The notes below the pieces were generated by a model. That model searched no databases. It had not been told where the DNA came from and saw only the letters and a program-made list of their open reading frames with translations. A stretch of DNA of 64,000 nucleotides from an uncultured virus (IMG/VR IMGVR_UViG_3300021962_000002) (lineage: Duplodnaviria > Heunggongvirae > Uroviricota > Caudoviricetes), in IMG/VR virus record IMGVR_UViG_3300021962_000002; one strand, given 5' to 3'. Each line of letters begins with the position of its first letter. Positions within the stretch are counted from its first letter, which is position 1. The translations under genes were made by a program, and so were the position numbers. Positions 47,282 through 55,811 of the stretch are shown piece by piece.

Positions 47282-47657
47282 TTGTTTTGAATTTCTCTAA
47301 GATTTTATTACTTAAGTTAAAGTCTGACCCTAGTATGGATAATTGTTCTGGCCATCTTTCAATTGTATATTCATCATGAATTGCTTGCAAATACATCAAG
47401 AATGTTAATCTCGATTCTTCAATGTCACTGAATATTGTTTCTTTTTTATCAGTCAGAAGTTTTAGACTATTCATTTCAAAACTATAATTGTAATCTTCAT
47501 CACTAATTAATGCTCCTACTGCGCACTTTAAGTCACCACAACGGTATAGGCATGTGCCACTTTCTTCAACTGATTTCTTATTTTGCGTAAGCAGATGGTT
47601 AGCTACAAAATCAAAGATTTCTTGTAACGATTTATTATTTACTTCTTGTATTGTCAT
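47268..47657 (-). CDS. Conserved phage hypothetical protein (QEIFD..HLLTQ..CLYR..KCAVG..LQxIHD)
   Basis: Start moved to ATG 47657 because the longer ORF overlaps the tRNA. Confidence 0.7.
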   Translation of the reverse strand: MTIQEVNNKSLQEIFDFVANHLLTQNKKSVEESGTCLYRCGDLKCAVGALISDEDYNYSFEMNSLKLLTDKKETIFSDIEESRLTFLMYLQAIHDEYTIERWPEQLSILGSDFNLSNKILEKFKTNEEH

Positions 47658-47669
47658 AATGATTAAAAG

Positions 47670-47743
47670 CGCCCTGAGCAAGATTCGAACTTGCAACCAC
47701 TGACTTAGAAGGTCAATGCTCTATCCAATTGAGCTATCAGGGC
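47670..47743 (-). tRNA. tRNA-Arg (TCT)
   Basis: GCCCTGATAGCTCAATTGGATAGAGCATTGACCTTCTAAGTCAGTGGTTGCAAGTTCGAATCTTGCTCAGGGCG; cloverleaf; CCA not encoded. Confidence 0.93.
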
Positions 47744-47750
47744 TTTGTTA

Positions 47751-48065
47751 TTATTGTTGAAGATTTAATGAGTTTACATAAGCTTTTGCCCACTGCTTAG
47801 CTGTTGCCCATGCTGGTTCATTTGTTTTGTTTGTTGGGTCTTCTAGCACTTCCAGTAAGAGGAAGTCTCTTAGCAGGTTTTTTCGAGGATGCAATAGCAT
47901 AGCTTCATGCATTGCGTTGAGGTCATTGCAGAAGTCTGGTATGCTTTCAAGTCCTACGCTTGGGTTGTCTATGTGAACCCAGCATCTTTTTCCGTTTAAC
48001 CATGGTTCTTCTTCGATAAACCCAAGCGATGTTGCAATTACGGCATTGATTTGTTCGTCAGTCAT
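47751..48065 (-). CDS. Phage ABA-sandwich-like protein, paralog 2
   Basis: MTDEQIN..PDFCNDLNAMHEA..ATAKQ; start moved to 48065. Confidence 0.65.
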   Translation of the reverse strand: MTDEQINAVIATSLGFIEEEPWLNGKRCWVHIDNPSVGLESIPDFCNDLNAMHEAMLLHPRKNLLRDFLLLEVLEDPTNKTNEPAWATAKQWAKAYVNSLNLQQ

Positions 48066-48448
48066 TCGATCCATTTTCCGATTGTTTTTAAGTAAGCCTC
48101 GCAGCGTTGGCGAGCGGTTGCTGTGATGCACAAATCGAAATCCATCTGAGCCTTTTTCACTCCAACCTCTCTGCAAATTGCGGATTTAATTTGCTGCGTG
48201 TATTTTTTAGGTAGTCTGTCGTTCGAGTATATAACTTCTAATTCAAACTCATGGCAAACGTTCAGGTCGGAGGTGTAGTCGGGTAGATGACTTAACTTTA
48301 ATTCGTCGTTGTATCCGTAGCCATATAAGCCTCCGCCATTTCTGCCGATTCCGTCTTTATCGACCCATTTAACGCCTCCGTTTGCGCCGCTTTTTGAGTG
48401 CCACCCCAGCGACTCCGCAATCGCGATGTTTATTTGTTCGTCAGTCAT
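48062..48448 (-). CDS. Phage ABA-sandwich-like protein, paralog 1
   Basis: MTDEQIN..PDYTSDLNVCHE..ATARQRCEA. Confidence 0.65.
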   Translation of the reverse strand: MTDEQINIAIAESLGWHSKSGANGGVKWVDKDGIGRNGGGLYGYGYNDELKLSHLPDYTSDLNVCHEFELEVIYSNDRLPKKYTQQIKSAICREVGVKKAQMDFDLCITATARQRCEAYLKTIGKWIE

Positions 48449-48675
48449 TTTGTTTTTCCTTTCTCTAATTGCGCAAGCCCTCTAGCTAGTATATTTTCAC
48501 AATGTTTGATTGCCTCTTTTTTTGCTTCTCTCATAGTTTCGTATGATTTTATGGATCTGCGATTAAGAAAATAATATACCCAATCTCTTGACGAGTACGA
48601 CTTGTAGACCTCTATGGTTATTACATCGGAAATTACTACGTGACATCCGCCTAATCGTGATTTTTCCCATTTCAT
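48445..48675 (-). CDS. Hypothetical protein
   Basis: MKWEKS start after GGAGG, ATGA-coupled. Confidence 0.55.
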   Translation of the reverse strand: MKWEKSRLGGCHVVISDVITIEVYKSYSSRDWVYYFLNRRSIKSYETMREAKKEAIKHCENILARGLAQLEKGKTK

Positions 48676-48851
48676 TTCGCCTCCTTCCATTGCCAAGTTG
48701 TTTTTCCGTCTGAGTCAACCACGTATTCAGCGTGTCCGCGCTCTATGGCTTGTTTTTTTATTTTACGTACATCTGCCCAGTCAAAAAGCAGCGCAACGCT
48801 AAGAAGCAAAGTCGCAAAGAAAAATGCGTAAGCCCATTTTTCGTCACTCAC
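48672..48851 (-). CDS. Small membrane protein
   Basis: GTG start after GGAGGAG; one hydrophobic helix; QAIERGHAEY. Confidence 0.55.
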   Translation of the reverse strand: MSDEKWAYAFFFATLLLSVALLFDWADVRKIKKQAIERGHAEYVVDSDGKTTWQWKEAK

Positions 48852-49275
48852 TTGCTCCTCCTTCCTCTGCCATGGCTTTCCACTCAAGCGCATCTAACCA
48901 GCCTTGTCGGTAGCGACTCCAGCATAAACCATCGCTTTTTTCTGGGTTCTTCTGATATGCGAGCTTGCAAGCGTCATCCATCTTTTTGCTGGTGTCGTCA
49001 CCGACAAGGTCACCATGCCGCGCTAAAACGTCCGCTAGCGGCTCGCCTTGCTCAACCCACTCAAGCAAGCTATCTCGCCAGTCTTCGGCGTAGGGCGGGT
49101 GGTTAAGTTTGAATGCGTGACCACCATCCCACGTTGATTGTTTCTTGCTTGGCTTTAACTTGAAACTCCATACCTCACCATCTAAATCCTGCGCAATGTA
49201 TTTTGGCTCCTCAATCCCCGCCGCTTTACAGGCGGCAAGCAGGGAGTCCGATAGTTGTTCTTCTTGTGTGTTCAC
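48844..49275 (-). CDS. Hypothetical protein
   Basis: YIAQDLDGEVW..KP..DWRDSL motif. Confidence 0.6.
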   Translation of the reverse strand: MNTQEEQLSDSLLAACKAAGIEEPKYIAQDLDGEVWSFKLKPSKKQSTWDGGHAFKLNHPPYAEDWRDSLLEWVEQGEPLADVLARHGDLVGDDTSKKMDDACKLAYQKNPEKSDGLCWSRYRQGWLDALEWKAMAEEGGASE

Positions 49276-49475
49276 GATTGTCGATAACTTGCAAGAATTT
49301 TGTTCGCCCCTTTTATAGCTGCTTTTTCAGTTTGATACGATTTTAATTCGATAAAATCTTCACGACCTTGCACATTGTTAGTGACTGTCACTGTGTAATA
49401 ATAACCCCCGTAACAATTAGTTGATTTTTCGATTTTTGCAGTGTAATCGCCTTTAGTTAATTCTGTAATTATCAT
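49272..49475 (-). CDS. Hypothetical protein
   Basis: Coupled ORF. Confidence 0.55.
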   Translation of the reverse strand: MIITELTKGDYTAKIEKSTNCYGGYYYTVTVTNNVQGREDFIELKSYQTEKAAIKGANKILASYRQS

Positions 49476-49487
49476 ATTGTTATGTGT

Positions 49488-49682
49488 TCATAGTCCTTTC
49501 TTTTCTTGGTTATCTGAATGACATTCAGGTTTTTCTACAAACACTGCAATTGGAGCATCGTCACTACCCCACCAGTTAGCTGCGTTCAGCAACACTAAGG
49601 GCGTTAAAGGTCTGCTGCAATCATTGCGCTTGTTACACGTTTCGTAGAATGTGCAGTATGTTCTATCTCTATAGCAAATCAT
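49488..49682 (-). CDS. Small Cys-rich protein
   Basis: MICYRDRTYC..C..C.R. Confidence 0.6.
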   Translation of the reverse strand: MICYRDRTYCTFYETCNKRNDCSRPLTPLVLLNAANWWGSDDAPIAVFVEKPECHSDNQEKKGL

Positions 49683-50074
49683 GGTTTAGTCAAGCTAATT
49701 AGTGCTTTGGCGTGTAGCTCTGCTGCTTCGCGGGTTAGGTGAACTACTCCATTTGAGAGTAATCGGTTATCAATGTCGTCATCACTCCATAAGTAATATT
49801 GAACATTAGCACTCTCTCTGAATGATACGAAATAATACTTCTCTTTTATACGGGGTTTTACTTTCAAAGGTTCTGGCACATCGTATGCACCAATGCGGAT
49901 CGTTTTAATTCTGCGGCGGTAATTTCTAGTCACATCCCACTCCGGGTGAGTATTACATTTTCTCCATTCTTTTTGTTCTACACGTTGATACTCCCAATTA
50001 TTCCATGGCGTATCTGATTCTTGTGCGTCTTGCGCATAGGCAAGCATTAGGTCTGCATGTATATGTTTTGTCAT
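49679..50074 (-). CDS. Conserved phage hypothetical protein
   Basis: HIHADLMLAYAQDA..PEW..YRRR..VHLTREAAELHAKAL. Confidence 0.7.
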   Translation of the reverse strand: MTKHIHADLMLAYAQDAQESDTPWNNWEYQRVEQKEWRKCNTHPEWDVTRNYRRRIKTIRIGAYDVPEPLKVKPRIKEKYYFVSFRESANVQYYLWSDDDIDNRLLSNGVVHLTREAAELHAKALISLTKP

Positions 50075-50076
50075 GT

Positions 50077-50223
50077 TTAGATTGGTTTAATGATTATCAG
50101 GTTTTGACTTACGATTATTTCTGTATTTGTTCCGCGAGGAAATCCAGCTTTTTCTAGCCATTTGCCACGCAATCTTAGGAAAGGTGCTTTGCGCTCGTCA
50201 GTTACTTTGGATTTTCTTTTCAT
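50077..50223 (-). CDS. SymE-family (AbrB-fold) toxin-like protein, 48 aa (not in ORF track)
   Basis: MKRKSKVTDERKAPFLRLRGKWLEKAGFPRGTNTEIIVSQNLIIIKPI* matches the SymE pattern P-x-[IL]-x-L-x-G-x-W-L-x-x-A-G-F-x-x-G. Confidence 0.7.
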   Translation of the reverse strand: MKRKSKVTDERKAPFLRLRGKWLEKAGFPRGTNTEIIVSQNLIIIKPI

Positions 50224-50240
50224 TTTGCCTGTTCTTGCAT

Positions 50241-50274
50241 AAAAAAAGGGAGAGACGGACTAGCCGCCTCCCCC
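50241..50274 (-). terminator. Rho-independent terminator
   Basis: GGGGGAGGCGG-CUAGU-CCGUCUCUCCC-UUUUUUU after the 50293 gene. Confidence 0.85.
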
Positions 50275-50292
50275 TGACTACACACAGAAAAG

Positions 50293-50727
50293 TTATGGAA
50301 GCTCTTCGGTGGACGGTGTGCCGCCTTTACCGACTGCTTTGAGATATAGAGGTGATTGGATAAGTTCAGCATATGCTACCTCGTCCATTACTTCCATTGT
50401 TGCAATATGCTTCGGAGCCATGCAGCCCGATGAACGACCACCTCCAGGGAGAATCTTGTCCCATGCGCGAAGCACAGTGACTTTACCAAGAGCAGATGCA
50501 ACATCTAGTGGCAAGCCTGTTGTGGTGATTGCGTCACCCGCTCTTGCTGCTAGTTGTAGTTCTACTTGTGTTGGGGTAGTTAGCCCGAACACGATTTTTG
50601 CACCTGCTACTGCTGCTGGCATTACATTTTTGAGAACATTAAGTTCAGCTTCATCACGACAATGGATCAATTTAGTTACGTTCATGGTATTGTATTTAGT
50701 TTTGTTTTTGATTAGCGTGATTGTCAT
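50293..50727 (-). CDS. Hypothetical protein (likely early gene)
   Basis: 144-aa ORF followed by a terminator; start may be the internal MNVT. Confidence 0.6.
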   Translation of the reverse strand: MTITLIKNKTKYNTMNVTKLIHCRDEAELNVLKNVMPAAVAGAKIVFGLTTPTQVELQLAARAGDAITTTGLPLDVASALGKVTVLRAWDKILPGGGRSSGCMAPKHIATMEVMDEVAYAELIQSPLYLKAVGKGGTPSTEELP

Positions 50728-50781
50728 ACGGAATGCGCAACCTCCGTTGTAATTGACAATTACATCAATTACATAACGACC

Positions 50782-52329
50782 TCAAGCGAAGCTTAATTTA
50801 CGCTTTGAGGTTTTCAATGCCTTTGGAAGAGAACCTGTCAGCGCGAACGCTGATACAATCGCTGCTAGTTTAGGATGATCTTGCAAGGAGAATTTGTGTT
50901 CTGGTGCTTGTGGTGCAATGCCGCGCACACCGTCACGGTTGATGTATACAGAACCACTGCGAGCTACCATTGGGGTAACTGTTTGTGGTGCTGCGCATGG
51001 TGTAGTGGATTCATGTTGTGATGGTGCAACATATTCTGTTGAAGCCAAGTATTTAGTCTGGCTAAACGGATTAGGTGCTGGCATGAATGCTTTAGGGTAT
51101 GCAGTAGGAATACCAAAGAAACGGCAACGAGCAACATTGCTACCTTTCATGGTAAAGAAAGACTTCTCAACATTAAGGCCTACACAATAAGCTTGTGTAT
51201 CCTCAAGTGCGTCATAGTCATCTGAGTGCATGAGACGGGCTACATAGAACGCCTTGTTTACGTTGCCCTCATACTTATGGATAAGGCGCATTGCTGTTTG
51301 CTCTACGCGCATATCGAGTAAGTCATGATAATCCTGCGACTGGAATGTTGACGCGCCTGACATGAAGTCAATCAAGTCTTCATTCTCGGCTGCAAGTTCC
51401 ATTACCAACAACTCTGTTGGAGTCATTGTTTCAGGGTCAAGGTTATCTGACATAGCCTCAATCATCAACTGCGCCTGATGGTCACCATCAAACTCATAGC
51501 AATAATTGAGGGATTGTTCTGAATCGTCCTCTTCGATGATGCCCTTGATTAAGGCATACTCTACTTCTGAAACGGAGTTAGCAGGATGATGAACATCTGT
51601 GGACTTAACCGTTCCTTCCATAGTAACATGGAAAGATGCTGGTGTAAGCTTTGGATCACGCATCATGGTGATCAGGACAATCCATTGATTGCCTACCCGC
51701 ATTGCTGTTGAGGTAGCAACAAGATCATCGTTACCGACAATCTGCTGAGCAACTCTGTTAAAGTCTCCACCAATAGCACGTCCTAACCGTGTAGCTACGG
51801 ATTGCATAGCTGAGTTAGGATTGTTGTGCAGGATTGGAGAGAATCTTCCGTCCTGTGCGCCAAGATCAACACGGATTGAGCCGTGTTTGAACACGTAACG
51901 TGCTGGACGGTGATACACTGTGTTATTGACCTGACCTGAACGTGTAGTGGGACGTTCATACGGAGGCCATAACGTAGTCTCAAGATCATTCCACTTACCA
52001 TTAACCTTGGAGCTAACGGAGATAGACTGATGAGACTTGCGTAGGTTAGCTGCTTTCCACTTCTCTAAGGATTTGTAGGAAGCAATAACCCCGAATACAA
52101 TAGAGATTGCTGTTTGAGGATGATAAGGCTCCTCTAAGGCAACTTCCATTAACTGGCGGCGTATCCGTGAAGGAACACCACCAAACTCCTTCACAATCCA
52201 CCTTCTGGCGTATTGTGGGAGTAGCCCTGTTCTAAGATGGGCGTATTCTTGCTCGCTGATTAGATTTTGATCATGTAGGCCAGCGAAACCTGCATAATTC
52301 TCTGTTGTGGTGTGTGTAGTCGCACTCAT
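50782..52329 (-). CDS. Large hypothetical protein, first gene of the - strand block
   Basis: 515 aa from ATG 52329; no motif recognised. Confidence 0.65.
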   Translation of the reverse strand: MSATTHTTTENYAGFAGLHDQNLISEQEYAHLRTGLLPQYARRWIVKEFGGVPSRIRRQLMEVALEEPYHPQTAISIVFGVIASYKSLEKWKAANLRKSHQSISVSSKVNGKWNDLETTLWPPYERPTTRSGQVNNTVYHRPARYVFKHGSIRVDLGAQDGRFSPILHNNPNSAMQSVATRLGRAIGGDFNRVAQQIVGNDDLVATSTAMRVGNQWIVLITMMRDPKLTPASFHVTMEGTVKSTDVHHPANSVSEVEYALIKGIIEEDDSEQSLNYCYEFDGDHQAQLMIEAMSDNLDPETMTPTELLVMELAAENEDLIDFMSGASTFQSQDYHDLLDMRVEQTAMRLIHKYEGNVNKAFYVARLMHSDDYDALEDTQAYCVGLNVEKSFFTMKGSNVARCRFFGIPTAYPKAFMPAPNPFSQTKYLASTEYVAPSQHESTTPCAAPQTVTPMVARSGSVYINRDGVRGIAPQAPEHKFSLQDHPKLAAIVSAFALTGSLPKALKTSKRKLSFA

Positions 52330-52363
52330 AATAATGCATTTCAACCCATAGCGAAGCTTATTC

Positions 52364-52391
52364 TTGACAACCTTTGCCAATTATTTATGCT
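52364..52391 (+). promoter_or_regulatory. Leaderless sigma70-type promoter
   Basis: TTGACA-N16-TATGCT-N6-ATG(52398). Confidence 0.65.
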
Positions 52392-52397
52392 TACGCC

Positions 52398-52880
52398 ATG
52401 GGAGATTCTATTCAGCCAATCCGTAAAGGACGGCCACCAAAGATCGCAGATCAAGTTTGGTTGGAAATTGAAGATAGGTATGTATCAGGCGATACTTCCT
52501 TGAAAGATTTAGCTCTGGAGTTTGGATTGAACTACCAAACTGTGTTGTCGAGGAGCAAAGACAAACGATGGTTAAGTCCACAACGAATCAGCCGTGCATT
52601 AACCCGCACCGATTTACCCCCACAGGACACAGCAAAGCAAATTGCAGACCGTTGGGCGGCGAGAAAAGAAGAAATGAGAGAGAAACTATACAAAGGCGCA
52701 AGCAAAGCCTTAGATACTTTCTGGCTCATGTCTCCCATGCCTCAGGATTTTGCGGAGGCTGAAAAAGCTATGAAGATGCTTGATAAAGCAATCAACCCAG
52801 ATGAAGGAAAGACAGACAGTAGTATTAACCTCTCTATCTTAACCAACGGTTTTAATCCTTCTCCTATTGTTGACATCTGA
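52398..52880 (+). CDS. Terminase small subunit candidate (HTH)
   Basis: GRPPK..WLEIEDRYVSGDTSLKDLALEFGLNYQTV..W; upstream of TerL. Confidence 0.6.
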   Translation: MGDSIQPIRKGRPPKIADQVWLEIEDRYVSGDTSLKDLALEFGLNYQTVLSRSKDKRWLSPQRISRALTRTDLPPQDTAKQIADRWAARKEEMREKLYKGASKALDTFWLMSPMPQDFAEAEKAMKMLDKAINPDEGKTDSSINLSILTNGFNPSPIVDI

Positions 52881-53402
52881 TTACTTTAGCCAAGTTTGGA
52901 TACACCAGAAAAGAGCCTATAAAGTGCAAAGAAGCTAAATAAGCACACAAACAAGCAAAACAAGCACTGAATTAGCGCATATGAGCCAATTTGAGAGCAC
53001 TTTGACCACTTGGTAGGGTGATCACAGCGGATTGGGGGTAAGCCATGCTTAAATCGGCTTATAGAGAGGTATAGACGCACAGTGTTTTTGCCGTAACCCT
53101 AAGTAATTACGGATGGATGAGGCACGGTAGTACAGAATAACTGTTAGGAGAGATGTTGATATACCAATGGATTTTATGTTTTAGCCCCGAGTAGAGCCAA
53201 AACAATCTGTATTGGTATTGATCTTTCCAGTAATCACAATGTATTCCCCTTTGCCTGTTCTCAAACCACTAAGGCAACTAAGATTGATCTTGTTTTTGCC
53301 TGCTGTTCTTGTGTGGATAGAGAGTAGGATAGTGTTAATTAGGGTAACACCCAAGACAACGCCCCAATTTAGTTGGCTAAACTGAGGCGCTGGTATTGGA
53401 GG

Positions 53403-53585
53403 CTATAGACGAGTAACGTCTAGTGGGGGAAGAACACTATGATCTTTTAACCTTATTGGTAACTTGACCATAAGGATCACTCTATCCCAAACCTTCTTCT
53501 TTACAGGAAGAGAAAGTAAGTATTGAGTTGCGTTCTCCACTGCGTTTGCGTGGCTATTCTGTTTGCGTTGTTTATCGTATTTCAT
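53403..53585 (-). CDS. Hypothetical protein
   Basis: 60 aa, preceded by ACACATATG like its neighbour. Confidence 0.4.
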   Translation of the reverse strand: MKYDKQRKQNSHANAVENATQYLLSLPVKKKVWDRVILMVKLPIRLKDHSVLPPLDVTRL

Positions 53586-53670
53586 ATGTGTATATGTTAT
53601 TGCAGTCTGATGACCTCATCAGTGCGCTCATTAAGCACAGACCCCCGAAGGAGTTTCGGTCTATTCTTTC

Positions 53671-53919
53671 TTACCAGTTACGATCTATTAAACAACGCTT
53701 GATGATCTCTGCCATAGTCTCGTTAATCTCATTGATTGCATGATTGATAAAGCCAGCGCCCGAACCCATTCCTGCTCTGACGTTGCGACAATCAGCTTCA
53801 TGTCTTTCTTCAAACGGGAATGATCCCTTTGGTAACAGCGCTATCAATCCATCCTTCCTTGCTTGAAGTTGATTGATTGCTTCTGCTGCTGTGATTGGTA
53901 GTTGTAATGTAGTATTCAT
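53671..53919 (-). CDS. Hypothetical protein
   Basis: 82 aa, preceded by CAACACACACATATG. Confidence 0.5.
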   Translation of the reverse strand: MNTTLQLPITAAEAINQLQARKDGLIALLPKGSFPFEERHEADCRNVRAGMGSGAGFINHAINEINETMAEIIKRCLIDRNW

Positions 53920-54074
53920 ATGTGTGTGTTGTTGGTATAGTCTGAGGGGCGGCGGGTGTCACCTGACTCCCCTACTCCGCAGTATCGACTACACAGATGG
54001 AACAGAACGTTTGTGAAAAAATTCTCGTAAAAAAAATTCTTGAGTGAAAATAAATGATGGGTTAATTAGACGCC

Positions 54075-55802
54075 ATGGATAAGTATGGATACAATTGGCC
54101 GACTGGTGTAAATCAGTTGACGATTGAGTTATGGTGCTATGCGCATAGAAAGTGCAGTGTTGAGGAGAAGTGGGATCACTTCAAGAATGTGGTTGATTTG
54201 GCGTTTAACTGTGATGGGAGTGTAAGGAGGGTTATTTGGAATAAGTGGACGAATAAGATGATTCGTAGTGCTATTGGTGATGGGGGGAAGAAGAGGTTTT
54301 TGGGAATTGCGGGATGTTCGTCTAGTGGCAAGAGTGATGGCTTTGCCTTGTATGCATTGGTGGAGTTTTGGAGTCGGCCAGCAGACACATATGTGTTTGT
54401 TATGAGCACGACTAAGGCTGACGCTAGGAAAAGGATTTGGAGGAGTGTTACGCAGTTGTATGCACAGGCACAAAGGATGGGATGTCCTGGAAAGTTAGTG
54501 GATAGCCTTGGAGTAATTCAGGGCGTAAACAAGTTAGGGAAACTGACAAGGAACAGTGGCATTGAGCTTGTGGCAGCAGGTAAGGCTGAAGCTGGAGAAG
54601 CTAGTAGTGGATTGATTGGTATTAAGAGTCCGAATGTTGTTGTGATTGCTGATGAGATGCCAAACCTTGGAGAGGGTATTTTGGAAGCAGCGTGGGACAA
54701 CCTTACGTCCAATGATCGGGTGTTCTTTGGTGGATTGGGTAACCCGAATTTATTTAGTGATCCATTTGCTGATTTGTGCGAGCCAGTTGGTGGGTGGGCT
54801 ACAATTACGGAACAAGATGAGGAATGGAAAACAAAGTATGGAATGTGTATTCGCTTTAATGCTGAGTTAAGTCCACGGATTACAGAGCCTGATGGAGAGA
54901 AGTATTTTTGGCAACCAGATCAAATGTATTGCGACAGGATTGCAGACGCTAGAGGTGGTAAGAGAAGTAGAGGATACTATCGTTTCGTTAAAGCTTTCTG
55001 GTGTCCAGAAGGTGCTGGAAATACAATTTACCAAGAAAGTGAGTTCATTGTGAACAATGCAATGGAGGATCAAGAGCCTGAATGGGAGGGGACGCCGATT
55101 GTAATTACGGCGCTAGATCCTGCATTTACCCGTGGAGGTGATAGGGCTTACGCTGGTGTTGCAAAGATTGGTAAAGTTGGTGGGCGCGATCATCTTCATA
55201 TTTGTCAGTATAGGGGGTTAGTAGAGGATACTTCTGACAAGAAGAATCCATTATCTCATCAATTGGTGATACAATGGAAGGAATTGGCTACAGACTGGGG
55301 TGTTACACCATACAGAGCTACGCTAGACGGTACAGGGAGCGGTATTAGCTTTGGGCATATAGTTGATGCGCTTTGGAGTCCTGCTGTCTCTAAAGTCAAT
55401 TTTAGCTCAAAGGCTTCAGGTAGAAAAGCATTCTTCCGTGGCAAAGAAATTGAGTATTACAACAAGAACAGCGAGTTATGGATTCAACCAAAAGAGTTTA
55501 TTCGTGGTGGTCAGATTACTGGCGTGAGCAAGGAGTTGATGAAGGAACTTTGCACACGACAATACTATTCAAAAGAAACTGCTAAGTTGCGCGTAGAAAG
55601 CAAAGATGAACATAAAAAGAATAACAATGGAGAGTCTTGTGACATTGCAGATATGTTCTTAATGTTAGTAGATAAATCCATTGCTTTAGGAATGTTTCAT
55701 TCTGAAGAAGTCAAGAATGTCAGTAAGGTAACTGGCAAGAATTGGAGTAGATTAGTTAAGAAAAAGCAAATTAATGCTTGCTGTGGAAGAAAATTGAGGT
55801 AA
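54075..55802 (+). CDS. terL: Terminase large subunit
   Basis: Walker A GCSSSGKS, Walker B VIADEM, GLGNP coupling motif, nuclease ALDPA..GGD, LDGTG, DIAD. Confidence 0.9.
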   Translation: MDKYGYNWPTGVNQLTIELWCYAHRKCSVEEKWDHFKNVVDLAFNCDGSVRRVIWNKWTNKMIRSAIGDGGKKRFLGIAGCSSSGKSDGFALYALVEFWSRPADTYVFVMSTTKADARKRIWRSVTQLYAQAQRMGCPGKLVDSLGVIQGVNKLGKLTRNSGIELVAAGKAEAGEASSGLIGIKSPNVVVIADEMPNLGEGILEAAWDNLTSNDRVFFGGLGNPNLFSDPFADLCEPVGGWATITEQDEEWKTKYGMCIRFNAELSPRITEPDGEKYFWQPDQMYCDRIADARGGKRSRGYYRFVKAFWCPEGAGNTIYQESEFIVNNAMEDQEPEWEGTPIVITALDPAFTRGGDRAYAGVAKIGKVGGRDHLHICQYRGLVEDTSDKKNPLSHQLVIQWKELATDWGVTPYRATLDGTGSGISFGHIVDALWSPAVSKVNFSSKASGRKAFFRGKEIEYYNKNSELWIQPKEFIRGGQITGVSKELMKELCTRQYYSKETAKLRVESKDEHKKNNNGESCDIADMFLMLVDKSIALGMFHSEEVKNVSKVTGKNWSRLVKKKQINACCGRKLR

Positions 55803-55811
55803 GAACAGCCC

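Noticed and set aside
47670..47743. tRNA-Arg(TCT) as an attachment site
   Set aside because: No integrase and no duplicated tRNA 3' end; more simply explained by frequent AGA codons in the late genes
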